A DNA stretch of 25,914 nucleotides from Cereibacter sphaeroides 2.4.1 (GTDB lineage: Bacteria; Pseudomonadota; Alphaproteobacteria; Rhodobacterales; Rhodobacteraceae), in NCBI RefSeq assembly GCF_000012905.2, contig NC_009007.1:65018-90931 (forward strand), read 5' to 3'. Positions within the stretch are counted from its first letter, which is position 1; every line of letters begins with the position of its first letter. A program made the position numbers and the translations under genes. The notes below the pieces were generated by a model. It was not told the DNA's origin. It ran no database searches and worked only from the letters and a program-made list of their open reading frames with translations. Below are positions 7,734-16,553 of the stretch, piece by piece.

Positions 7734-8555
7734 TTATTGGGCCGCCGCCGTGGAGGCGGAAAGCCGATCGAAGGCGGCCGTAAGACGGTCGGCCGCCATC
7801 ATGCCGGGCACCACTTCTCCATCCCGAAACACGAATGCCGGGGTGCCGGAAATCGAGAGCGCCTGGGCGAGGCGTCGGTTGCCGTCAATGATGGACGTGA
7901 TGTCGTCCTGCCGCCCCCGCGCCACGAGGGCCGGATAATCGTAGCCGGCCGCTCCGGCGAGGATCGAAAGCGCGGCCTCGTTGAGACCGCCCTTGTGCGA
8001 CAGGAGCGCGTTGTGAAAGCCAAGGTAGGCCTCGTCGCCGTGCTCCGCGCGGACAGCCAGAGCGAGCCTTGCAGCGGCTTCGGAGGTGGATCCGAGGATC
8101 GGAAACTCTTTCATCACCACCGCCACATCGTTCCGGCCGGACAGGGCTGCAGCGAGCTCCGGCAGCGCGCCTTTGCAGTAGCCGCACTGGTAATCGAAGA
8201 ACTCTACGGCGACGACCGGCGCGCTGGCATTGCCCTTGCGCGCATCGGCTCCTTGAAACAGAGCCGCCGCCTCGGCCTCGACCGCCGCGCGGGCGCCGGC
8301 GGTCTGCTTCTCCTTCTCCTGCCGCTCAAGCAGGGCGAAAACCTCGAGAACTACCTCGGGATTGCTGAGCAGGACGCTGCGGACCTGATCGGCGAACTCC
8401 GGGCCCGGCTCGGATTGCTTTGCCCCCTGCCCCGCAGCGGCAAGTAACGGCATCACCACGCTCCCCGCGGCCATAACGAGCACACCAGCCAGCGCCCCCG
8501 CAATTGATGCGCGCGTCAAAACGCCGCGTCGCTGCACCTTATCGTCACAACTCAT
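7734..8555 (-). CDS. DsbA-family thiol:disulfide oxidoreductase (periplasmic)
   Basis: It has a CxxC active site in the thioredoxin context FFDYQCGYCKGALPEL and a hydrophobic N-terminal signal or anchor. The start is set at 8555 (AAGGAG 6-7 nt upstream) rather than the track start at 8630. Confidence 0.85.
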   Translation of the reverse strand: MSCDDKVQRRGVLTRASIAGALAGVLVMAAGSVVMPLLAAAGQGAKQSEPGPEFADQVRSVLLSNPEVVLEVFALLERQEKEKQTAGARAAVEAEAAALFQGADARKGNASAPVVAVEFFDYQCGYCKGALPELAAALSGRNDVAVVMKEFPILGSTSEAAARLALAVRAEHGDEAYLGFHNALLSHKGGLNEAALSILAGAAGYDYPALVARGRQDDITSIIDGNRRLAQALSISGTPAFVFRDGEVVPGMMAADRLTAAFDRLSASTAAAQ

Positions 8556-8714
8556 AGCCACTCCTTGCAAACGAGATCGGCGGTGTCGTGCAACTGCGCT
8601 GAATGGGGATAACCATCTCGGCGTTGTCACGCACTAACCAATCCGTCTTTGCTCCACATGTGCAAACTCGTTATTGAATAGCGTTATGTTTCAGTTTCAG
8701 CAAAGGGTTTTGAG

Positions 8715-10997
8715 ATGTCGCACCTCCGCAAGGGCCAGCCGACACAGTTCGTCCGCGGCGGCCAGACCACGCAGCACTGGTGGCGCATGGCGGCGCAGGT
8801 GGTCCGCACCTCGCTCTTCGTCGCGCTGGCGGCCTTCACCCTCACCTACACGGCTCTCGTGCTTGCCAATTACGAGCTGCGCTACATGCGCGAGACCTTT
8901 GCGAGCTGGACCGCGCATTACAACGTCCGGCTGGGCCGGCCGGAGAAGATCATTTCTTACGTCGATCACCTCGACCGACGGCTCGAGCGGACGGCAGGAC
9001 AGATCGCGGCTGACCATCGGATGAACGCTCTTGCGGACGAGTATCGCCGCAATGCCTCGCTCTTCGCCTGGTATGCTCTCGTTCCGGCGGCCGCGGCGCT
9101 TCTGATCAGCACCGCCATTTTCGCCTGGGCCGGACAGCGGGTCGGGCAGAACGAACATGTGCGGGGAAGCCGCCTCATAGACCAGCGGGATCTCGCGCGC
9201 TGGTCCATGAGAAAGTGGAAGGCATACCAGAAGCGCTTCGGCCTCGGCCTGAAAAAGGGGCCACGCTACACAATCGCCGGCATCCCGTTCCCTCCGAACG
9301 CCGTGGAGGCGCAGACCGGGATCTTCGGAACGGTCGGGGTGGGCAAGACCAACGCCATCAAGGAGCTGCTGACCACCATCCGGGCACAGAACGGCCGAGC
9401 CATCATCTACGACCGCATGGGTGGCCTCGTCCGCGATTTCTACGATCCGGCCACCGACATTATCATCAATCCCTTCGACGCCCGATCACACATCTGGTCG
9501 CCGTTCGGCGAAGCCAGCACCCCGGAGGCTCTGGCGCAGATCGCCGAGGTCATGATCCCGCAGCGCCCCGGACAGAACGATCCTTTCTGGTCACAGACGG
9601 CGCGGCTGGTCTTCGAATATTCGGCGCGCTCACTCCTTCGCGCCAAGCGACCGACCAACGCAGACCTGCGCCGCGCGATCATGACGATCTCGGCCGAAGA
9701 GCTGGAGAAGCTGCTCGCAGGCACGCCGGGGGCTCATTTCTTCGGCAAGCACGTCGAGAAGACGTCGGCCTCGATCCGCGCAAACATGATTGCGGAGCTG
9801 CGGTTCCTCGAGTTTCTGCGTGACGACGGTGAGCTCTTTTCGGCGCGAGAGTGGGTCAAGTCGGAGCGACCCGGTTTCGTGTTTCTGACCGGCGATGCCG
9901 AACACTCGGCCGCGACCCGCAACATTATCTCCACCATCATCGAGGTATCGGCCAACGCGCTGATGACCTGCGAAGAGAGCCGCGATCCGAAGGTCTGGTT
10001 CTTCCTAGATGAGGTGCCGTCCCTCAACCGCCTGCCCTTCCTGCAATCGAAGCTGGCGGAGATCCGGCAGTTCGGGGGGGCTTTCGTGCTCGGCTACCAG
10101 GTCTTTGCGCAGCTGGAAGACATCTACGGAGAGAAAGGCGCGCAGGCCATCGCCGGCAACCTCAACAACCGCATCGTCTTCAACACGCCGGACGCGCGCA
10201 CGGCCAAGCTCTTTTCCGAAAGCCTCGGGTTCGAGGATGTGGTCGAACAACGGGAAAACCTGAGCTTCGGGGCGCACGAGTCTCGCGATGGCGTGGCCTT
10301 CATGAGCCAGCGCACGGAGCGGCCCATCGTCACCGCCTCTGAGATCCAGGCGCTGCCTCAGTTCGAGGCTCTGATCCGCTTTGCATATGACGCGCCAACT
10401 GCGCGCGTCCGGTTCGAGCCTGTCCAGGTGGAGCCGAAGGCCGAGAAGATCGTGCCCTATCAGGGTGGCGGCTTCGCTCTGGATGCCATGGATCCGCACA
10501 AGGCCCCTGCCCCGGCCCCGGCGGCAGATGAGGCGTCACTCGCCACGCGCTATGCCCCGGAGCTGCTTGGAAAGGTGCAGGAGGAACGGCGCGCACGGTT
10601 CGCGAGCTGGACCCCGGCGCAGCAGATCGCGGCCTTTGACGACTGGTTCGCAAAGGGCCTGCGACCGGACTTCGACGCTGCAGGCTTCTCCTTGCTGGCC
10701 CCTCTCGACGGCGTGCCGCCAGAAACGGCCTGGGACCACTATTACCGACAGCGCGTCCAGGGACACGATGAACCGACTTTCCGCATCACGCCCAACATGA
10801 TGCAGATGGTCACTAACCGCCCCCGCGCCCGGGAGGGTGCGGGTGCGGCGGTGGCCGAGGTGCCTGCCTATGCGGATCTTCGCCGCGCGGCCGAGGAAAA
10901 GATCATTCCCTTCCCGGGTCGCCACGCTGCGCCGCCCCCTGCCCGTCCAGCTGACCCTCTCACTGCGGGAATGGATGAGGAGGGCTCGCTGCTATGA
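8715..10997 (+). CDS. Type IV coupling protein (TraD/TrwB/VirD4-type)
   Basis: It has two N-terminal TM segments, Walker A GTVGVGKTN and Walker B VWFFLDEVPSL. Its stop overlaps the relaxase start as ATGA. Confidence 0.9.
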   Translation: MSHLRKGQPTQFVRGGQTTQHWWRMAAQVVRTSLFVALAAFTLTYTALVLANYELRYMRETFASWTAHYNVRLGRPEKIISYVDHLDRRLERTAGQIAADHRMNALADEYRRNASLFAWYALVPAAAALLISTAIFAWAGQRVGQNEHVRGSRLIDQRDLARWSMRKWKAYQKRFGLGLKKGPRYTIAGIPFPPNAVEAQTGIFGTVGVGKTNAIKELLTTIRAQNGRAIIYDRMGGLVRDFYDPATDIIINPFDARSHIWSPFGEASTPEALAQIAEVMIPQRPGQNDPFWSQTARLVFEYSARSLLRAKRPTNADLRRAIMTISAEELEKLLAGTPGAHFFGKHVEKTSASIRANMIAELRFLEFLRDDGELFSAREWVKSERPGFVFLTGDAEHSAATRNIISTIIEVSANALMTCEESRDPKVWFFLDEVPSLNRLPFLQSKLAEIRQFGGAFVLGYQVFAQLEDIYGEKGAQAIAGNLNNRIVFNTPDARTAKLFSESLGFEDVVEQRENLSFGAHESRDGVAFMSQRTERPIVTASEIQALPQFEALIRFAYDAPTARVRFEPVQVEPKAEKIVPYQGGGFALDAMDPHKAPAPAPAADEASLATRYAPELLGKVQEERRARFASWTPAQQIAAFDDWFAKGLRPDFDAAGFSLLAPLDGVPPETAWDHYYRQRVQGHDEPTFRITPNMMQMVTNRPRAREGAGAAVAEVPAYADLRRAAEEKIIPFPGRHAAPPPARPADPLTAGMDEEGSLL

Positions 10998-13900
10998 TGA
11001 GCGTGAGCAACGTCTCGGCCGGCGCCGCTGCCAGCGGATACTATCAGGCCGAAGGGTATTACGTCGCCGGAAGCCCTGAGGCAGAGGCGGCAGCTTCGTG
11101 GTTCGGCAGTGCGGCTGATGAGCTTGTCGCAATGGGTCAGGAAGAGTTTGCGGGGCGCGTGGACGACGCTGCGTTCTCGGCCATGCTCGACGGTCACGCT
11201 CCGCCGACCCAACGCGATGCCGAAGGCCATTGGAAGGAAGGTCAGACGCTCGGCCGCGTCGTGGACGGGGAGCGGCAGCACCGACCGGGGATCGACCTGA
11301 CCTTCTCCGCCTCCAAGTCGGTGTCGATCATCGGTCTGGTCGCTGGCGATGAGCGCGTGATCGCAGCCCATGACGAGGCGGTGAAGGCCGCCATGAGCTA
11401 CGTCGAAGAGAAGTTCGTCCGGACACGTCGGGAGGTGAACGGCGAGATCGTGGCGGTCCCCGGCAAGATGGTGGCCGGGCTTTTCCGCCATGATACGTCG
11501 CGGGCCCTCGATCCGCAGCTCCATACCCATGCCGTCATACAGAACATGGTCCTCGGCGAGGACGGCAAGTGGACCGCCCTCTCCAACGAGGAAATCTACC
11601 GCAACAAGATGCTGATCGGGGCGATCTACCGCAACGAGTTGGCGCAGAACCTCGAGCGGGCGGGATATGCCGTCGAGCGTGTCGGCCATGACGGCATCAC
11701 CGAGATCAAGGGCGTCCCGCGCGAGCTGATGGATGGCTTCTCGAAGCGCCGCAAGGAGATCGAGGCGGCCCTCGATGAGCGTGGGATCGAGAGGACGGCT
11801 GTAGATAGCGCATTGGCAGCCCTCGCCACCCGCAGGAACAAGCAGAAGGGCATCGACCGGGCAGAGCTGCGTGAAGCGTGGGAGAAGGAAGCGCAGTCCA
11901 TGGGCGTCTCCCTCGATCAGCTTCGCGAGCTCCGGCAGACAGCCACTCTGACGGCAGCCACGCGCCTGCCCGGCGTGACGCGAGACGGGATCGCTGCGCC
12001 CTCCCCTGCTGATCGCGCCGCGGCCGCCGTCGAGTTCGCGATTGCGCATGTGAGTGAACGCAATGCCGTCTACTCCGGCTCCGAGCTGGTCCGCGTGGCC
12101 CTGAGCCGAGCCAAGGATGTGGGGATCCGGCAGATCGAGGGCGCCATCGCGACCAAGGAAGAGACGGGCCGTCTGGTGCCGGTCCATGTCCATGCCTGGA
12201 ACGAGAAGCGCTCGCCCGATGCCATGACCCGCGGGGAGGGCTTCTCCGGGACGCTGAAGGCGATGGGCACCGCGCCGTATCAGAACGACCCTAGAAACCG
12301 CGACTCCTTCTTCGTGACCATCGAGACGCGGAACGGGGAGCAGACGGTCTGGGGTGCCGGCTTGCAGGCGGCGCTCGAACGGCAGGAAGCCAGTCCGGGC
12401 AGCCTTGTCCATCTGACGGTGCAGGGCCAGAAGCCCGTGACGGTGATCGGCGCCGATGGCAAACCGGTGTCCGCCCATCGCAATCTCTGGACGGCGGAAG
12501 TCATCGAACGCGCCTCGGAGCGGTCGGATCGCTCCAACGGCCCTCAGCCGCAGCGGGAGACGATCAGGCTCTATTCGGACGATGCCACCCTTGCCCTCGA
12601 GCGCATGGTGCTGGGCGAGTATCGGGCAGCCCGGCGTCAAGGCGGAGTGGAGTTGCCAGCTCGCCTGAGAGTCACTGGCGGGATCAAGATGAGCGGAGAA
12701 GCTCTTCTGCGTGACCGCCTTGACAAGACAACTCTGACGGAGGGCCAGAAGGAAGCGGTCGCACTCGGTCTCACAGGCAGAGGCCGGTTCGTCGGCGTGC
12801 AGGGGTATGCCGGCACGGGCAAAACGCACATGGTGGAAACCCTGCGCCGCTATGCCGAGCGGGCGGGCTTCACCGTGGAAGGCGCGGCACCGACGAACAA
12901 GGCCGCCGCAGAGCTCGCCTCGGCAGTGCCCGCGGCCGGCACCGTCGCCCGCTTCCTGCTCGCGGATGCTCCGGGCGACAAGAAGCGCTCCATCCTCGTG
13001 GTCGACGAGGCTGGGATGATCTCCACGCGCGACATGCACGCCCTGATGACCAAGGCAAACGAGCTCCGATACGCTCGGGTTATCCTCGTAGGTGACGTGA
13101 AGCAGCTCGACCCGGTGAGCGCGGGCTCGCCCTTCGCGCAGCTCCAGAAGGCGGGAATGCCGACCGCCATCATGGCCGACATTCAGCGCCAGAGAAACGA
13201 AGATGCCCGGAAAGCCGTGCTCCATGCCATCCGCGGCGAGGTCCGTGCTGCCTTCTCGCGGATCGAGGATCTTCGCACGCCAGAGAAGAACCAGAGCTTT
13301 ACCGGCGAGGTTGCCCGGGCGTGGCTCGGATTGCACAGCTCGGTGCGCGAGCGGACCGGGATTGTGGTTCTGACCAACCGCGTCCGGGGGGAAGTTAATG
13401 CCGCGATTCGCGACGAGTTGAAACGGGAACATCGGCTCGGCGCTCAGGATGTGACGGTCGCCAGTCTCACGCCGCTCTCGCTCACCCGCGCCGAAGCGCG
13501 CGAGGCGGCCAGCTACAAGGCTGGTGACGTGGTGATCTCGGTGCGCAGCGTGGAGGGGTTGGAGCGGGACAAACTCTACCGGGTTACATCCACCCTGCCC
13601 TATCAGAACAGCATCACCTTGCGTCCGGAGGGAGGCGGCGCCGAGGTCGCGCTGACACTCGGACATGGGTCGAAAGCTGCGGGATCGCTCGCCGCATTCG
13701 AGGTGGGCAAGCGCGAATTTGCGGCCGGCGATGAGGTCAAATTCGCGATCACCGACAAGGATTGCGGAGCGATTAACGGTGCGCGCGGCCGGATCACAAA
13801 GGTGACGGAAGCCCAGATCGACGTCACGCTGCACGGCGGGCGGAAGCTCTCCGTGCCCACGGATTCACTCGCCGCCCGTGGCCTAGACCATGCCTATGCG

Positions 13901-14329
13901 GCCACCGCACACGACTTTCAGGGCGCCACAGTGGACAGGATCATCGTGGGCATGACCCCCGATGAGCAGCTCACCAGCCAGAAGTCCTTCTACGTCAATA
14001 TCTCCCGCGCGCGGGACCATGTGACGCTTGTGACGACCGATCCCGGGAAGCTCGCTGATCGGATTCAGCGTGAGACCGGCGAACGTCCGGCCGCGCTCGA
14101 CGCCTACGCGCAGCGGCTCTCGGACGAGCGGAACGCGGCCGGAAAGGTGCCGCAGAATGAGCCCCCCTCCCCTGCCCGCGACCCTGACCGGGTGCCGCAA
14201 ATCCTGCGCGAGCAGGCGCAGAAACTGCGGCAGGCGGAGCCCCCGCAGGAGCGCACTGATCGGCAGGTGGAGCAATTCCTGGCGCAGTTCGAGGAGAAAC
14301 AGAAGGTGAAGGAAGGACCGATCCGGTGA
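10994..14329 (+). CDS. MOBF-family relaxase-helicase (TrwC/TraI-like)
   Basis: The N-terminal TrwC relaxase domain carries the histidine triad context HDTSRALDPQLHTHAVIQN. The central and C-terminal part is a RecD-like helicase (GYAGTGKT, ILVVDEAGM, VILVGDVKQL, AATAHDFQGATVD). Confidence 0.92.
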   Translation: MMSVSNVSAGAAASGYYQAEGYYVAGSPEAEAAASWFGSAADELVAMGQEEFAGRVDDAAFSAMLDGHAPPTQRDAEGHWKEGQTLGRVVDGERQHRPGIDLTFSASKSVSIIGLVAGDERVIAAHDEAVKAAMSYVEEKFVRTRREVNGEIVAVPGKMVAGLFRHDTSRALDPQLHTHAVIQNMVLGEDGKWTALSNEEIYRNKMLIGAIYRNELAQNLERAGYAVERVGHDGITEIKGVPRELMDGFSKRRKEIEAALDERGIERTAVDSALAALATRRNKQKGIDRAELREAWEKEAQSMGVSLDQLRELRQTATLTAATRLPGVTRDGIAAPSPADRAAAAVEFAIAHVSERNAVYSGSELVRVALSRAKDVGIRQIEGAIATKEETGRLVPVHVHAWNEKRSPDAMTRGEGFSGTLKAMGTAPYQNDPRNRDSFFVTIETRNGEQTVWGAGLQAALERQEASPGSLVHLTVQGQKPVTVIGADGKPVSAHRNLWTAEVIERASERSDRSNGPQPQRETIRLYSDDATLALERMVLGEYRAARRQGGVELPARLRVTGGIKMSGEALLRDRLDKTTLTEGQKEAVALGLTGRGRFVGVQGYAGTGKTHMVETLRRYAERAGFTVEGAAPTNKAAAELASAVPAAGTVARFLLADAPGDKKRSILVVDEAGMISTRDMHALMTKANELRYARVILVGDVKQLDPVSAGSPFAQLQKAGMPTAIMADIQRQRNEDARKAVLHAIRGEVRAAFSRIEDLRTPEKNQSFTGEVARAWLGLHSSVRERTGIVVLTNRVRGEVNAAIRDELKREHRLGAQDVTVASLTPLSLTRAEAREAASYKAGDVVISVRSVEGLERDKLYRVTSTLPYQNSITLRPEGGGAEVALTLGHGSKAAGSLAAFEVGKREFAAGDEVKFAITDKDCGAINGARGRITKVTEAQIDVTLHGGRKLSVPTDSLAARGLDHAYAATAHDFQGATVDRIIVGMTPDEQLTSQKSFYVNISRARDHVTLVTTDPGKLADRIQRETGERPAALDAYAQRLSDERNAAGKVPQNEPPSPARDPDRVPQILREQAQKLRQAEPPQERTDRQVEQFLAQFEEKQKVKEGPIR

Positions 14330-14958
14330 GGAAGGACAACATCAACGACCGCTACAGGTTCGTGCTCGGCCCCCGCGCCAAGGCTCTGACGGAGACGCAC
14401 TGTCCGCCCGGTGAGCTTCCCGGCAGCGATCATCTGGAGGCAGGGATCGAGGCGCTGCAGCAAGCCCTTGAGGTCGAGCGCGGGGTGCTGCGGCGCCTGC
14501 AGGACGAGTTCGATCGACTGGATGGTCGGATGGTCAACCTCGTCTCTGCGCACAACCATGGTCTCCGGGGGCTGATGATGATGACCGGACAGATGGTTCG
14601 CGAGCTCAACGTCATCCGGAAGATCCTGATCGTCTCGGCGGCATCGAACAATGAGCAGGCCGAACGGCTCTACGACAAGGCGGTGCCGGCGATCATGGAG
14701 ATGCGCGCCACGCTCGCTGTCTGGCGGGAGCGCGAAGGTCTCGAGGTGCCCGAGTTCTCCTTCGAGCAGGAGGAGCGGATCCTCCAGCAGCTCGTCCAGA
14801 ACCCGGCCGAGCACCGCCATCCCGATCATGGCGAGGAGCCGGAGACGCTTGGCGAGGCGCTTGCGGAGCAGGTGCAGCGGATCGGCGAAGCCTTCGATCC
14901 GAGCCTCACGGATGAGCGCCACGAACGTGAAATGGAGATGGGTGACGATGAGCGGTAA
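14326..14958 (+). CDS. Hypothetical acidic, probably coiled-coil protein, translationally coupled to the relaxase
   Basis: The GTG start overlaps the relaxase stop (GTGA). GGAAGGA lies about 8 nt upstream. No family was recognised. Confidence 0.5.
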   Translation: MRKDNINDRYRFVLGPRAKALTETHCPPGELPGSDHLEAGIEALQQALEVERGVLRRLQDEFDRLDGRMVNLVSAHNHGLRGLMMMTGQMVRELNVIRKILIVSAASNNEQAERLYDKAVPAIMEMRATLAVWREREGLEVPEFSFEQEERILQQLVQNPAEHRHPDHGEEPETLGEALAEQVQRIGEAFDPSLTDERHEREMEMGDDER

Positions 14959-14992
14959 GGCCGATCCGAGCGCTCAGAAGGCCGAAAACTAC

Positions 14993-15032
14993 CGTGGCAC
15001 GTCGTGCCACGCGCGTGGCACACTGTGCCACG
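14993..15032. promoter_or_regulatory. Two adjacent perfect 19-bp palindromes (CGTGGCAC-n3-GTGCCACG) separated by 2 bp
   Basis: Read directly: cgtggcac gtc gtgccacg / cg / cgtggcac act gtgccacg. They start 35 bp after the stop of the relaxase operon. They are candidate protein-binding sites, oriT inverted repeats or an operator. Confidence 0.5.
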
Positions 15033-15070
15033 GCCCCGAAAAACAACGTAAATACAGCGCGTTGGGAGCC

Positions 15071-15093
15071 GGGGGCAAATTACGCCCCCTTTT
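15071..15093 (+). terminator. Rho-independent terminator of the coupling protein-relaxase operon
   Basis: GGGGGC-aaattac-GCCCCC stem-loop followed by TTTT. Confidence 0.6.
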
Positions 15094-15130
15094 AAGACGA
15101 AAAGCCTTTATTTATAAAGGCTTGAAGGCA

Positions 15131-15967
15131 ATGGGCAGCTTGCTGCGTCAGGTGTGTCCTCTTCAGACCGGAGAGGCAGCCGTAAGGCTGCCGATCCGAG
15201 GCCTCCTCGCCCTCGCCGTCGCAGGCGGATGCCTGCTCCTCGGCCCCTGCCCCGTCTCGGCCGAGGCTTGGAAAGCCTCGGCCGAGACCACCTGGGCGAG
15301 CGGGTCCTCCTTCAGTCCGCCCGCGGATCGCCGCCAGCCTGGCCCCGGTTCATCCTTCCTCGAAGCGCAGGCCAGCTCATCCTTCGCGCTCGTGCCGAGG
15401 GCCGCCCGCCAGAAGAAAAGCCGGGCCTTCGTCATGCCGACCGACCGCGATGAGTTCGTGCGAATCCGTGCGCTGGTTCATCACGCCGAAAGCGGCGCGG
15501 CCGGCTATGACGATTACCACCGAAGCGCACCCGTGCCCCCGCCCCGCGCTCCCTCGACCATGACGCTCGACCAGATCCGGCAATGGATCGCCGCTACGCC
15601 GGGGCAGCAACATGCCATCGGCCGCTATCAGATCATCCCCTCCACCTTGGAAAGCCTGGCCTCGCGCGCAACCCTCCCGGGCTCCACGCTCTTCAGCGCT
15701 CCGGTTCAGGACAGCATGGCCAGCATCCTCATTCTCGACGCTGGCTATGTGGAGCTGAAAAATGGCGCGATCACGCTCGACAGGTTCATGGACAACCTCG
15801 CCCGGATCTGGGCTGGCTTCCCCATGGCGAGCGGGAAGTCCGCCTATGAGGGCGTGGCCGGCAACAGAGCCACGATCAGCCGCAAATTCTACGCAGAGCG
15901 GATGGCCGAAATCTTCCCCGTAGAGGCCCGTAGAGACCTTCGGGCTACCGAGGTGGCGGCAAAGTAG
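15131..15967 (+). CDS. Secreted lambda-lysozyme-like muramidase/lytic transglycosylase (GH104-type domain)
   Basis: The C-terminal domain aligns by eye with phage lambda R (HHAESG vs AWSEGT, GRYQ, F..P.QD, IWAGFP vs IWASLP). The N-terminus is signal-like (LLALAVAGGCLLLG). The part of the track ORF upstream of 15131 overlaps the previous gene and is rejected. Confidence 0.7.
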   Translation: MGSLLRQVCPLQTGEAAVRLPIRGLLALAVAGGCLLLGPCPVSAEAWKASAETTWASGSSFSPPADRRQPGPGSSFLEAQASSSFALVPRAARQKKSRAFVMPTDRDEFVRIRALVHHAESGAAGYDDYHRSAPVPPPRAPSTMTLDQIRQWIAATPGQQHAIGRYQIIPSTLESLASRATLPGSTLFSAPVQDSMASILILDAGYVELKNGAITLDRFMDNLARIWAGFPMASGKSAYEGVAGNRATISRKFYAERMAEIFPVEARRDLRATEVAAK

Positions 15968-16060
15968 CGTGAGGGCCCCAGACGGGGCTCTCCGTGAGCC
16001 TGCGGTTAGGTGCCGAGTTGGTTCCTCCGGCACCATCAGCTAGCGCCGCTCCATCCCATC

Positions 16061-16516
16061 GCGACCGCACCGCCGCTTCGCCGCACCGCCGCACATCCGC
16101 ATGGCCGCCTCACCGCACCGCCGCACGTCCGCATGGCCGCCTCACCGCACCGCCGCACGTCCGCATGTCCGCATCACCGCACCGCCGCACGTCCGTATGG
16201 CCGCCTCACCGCACCGCCGTATGTCCGCATGGCCGCCTCACCGCACCGCCGCATGTCCGCATGGCCGCCTCACCGCACCGCCGCACATCCGCATGGCCGC
16301 CTCACCGCACCGCCGCACATCCGCATGGCCGCCTCACCGCACCGCCGCAGGTCCGCATGGCCGCCTCACCGCACCGCCGCAGGTCCGCATGGCCGCCTCA
16401 CCGCACCGCCGCACGTCCGCATGGCCGCTTAATCGCATGTCCGCACCGACGCATGTCCGCTTCGCCGCTTTGCCGCATGTCCGCATCTACGCCTTGACGC
16501 ATGTCCGCATCGCCGC
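16061..16516. repeat. 57 consecutive in-phase octamers NNNNCCGC with a 32-bp higher-order unit (11 copies, 16099-16450); candidate partition centromere and par operator
   Basis: GCATGGCCGC (variants GCATGTCCGC at 16163 and GTATGGCCGC at 16195) recurs at 16099, 16131, ... 16419 with exact 32-bp spacing. The octamer register is unbroken for 456 bp. The array ends 38 bp before the parA start. Confidence 0.85.
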
Positions 16517-16553
16517 CATAACGGATCGACAATCGAGCAGCCTGGAGACGGCA

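Noticed and set aside
7737-8447. 236-aa plus-strand ORF opposite the DsbA-like gene, and the 25-codon upstream extension of dsbA to 8630
   Set aside because: The plus-strand ORF is antisense to a gene with a clear thioredoxin-fold CxxC motif and has no motif of its own. The extension lacks an RBS, whereas AAGGAG precedes the ATG at 8555.
10868-13834. 988-aa ORF on the minus strand antisense to the relaxase gene
   Set aside because: It is a shadow ORF typical of high-GC DNA. It lies wholly inside the well-supported relaxase-helicase gene, its translation is Arg/Gly/Ala/Leu/His-rich with no recognisable motif, and it has no RBS.
14104-14922. 272-aa minus-strand ORF, and the 5' part (14651-15130) of the 438-aa plus-strand ORF
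   Set aside because: Both overlap the translationally coupled ORF 14326..14958 or the relaxase 3' end in other frames and translate to Arg/Ser-rich low-complexity sequence. The muramidase similarity starts well downstream, and a signal-like N-terminus begins at 15131.
15994-16553. His/Pro/Arg-rich ORFs across the 32-bp array, including the 151-codon N-terminal extension of ParA (track start 16101)
   Set aside because: The 32-bp period is not a multiple of 3, so the same DNA is read in all three frames as the ORF cycles. ParA homology starts at MKVITAYSHKGGTGKTT (16554), which has its own GGAGA RBS.
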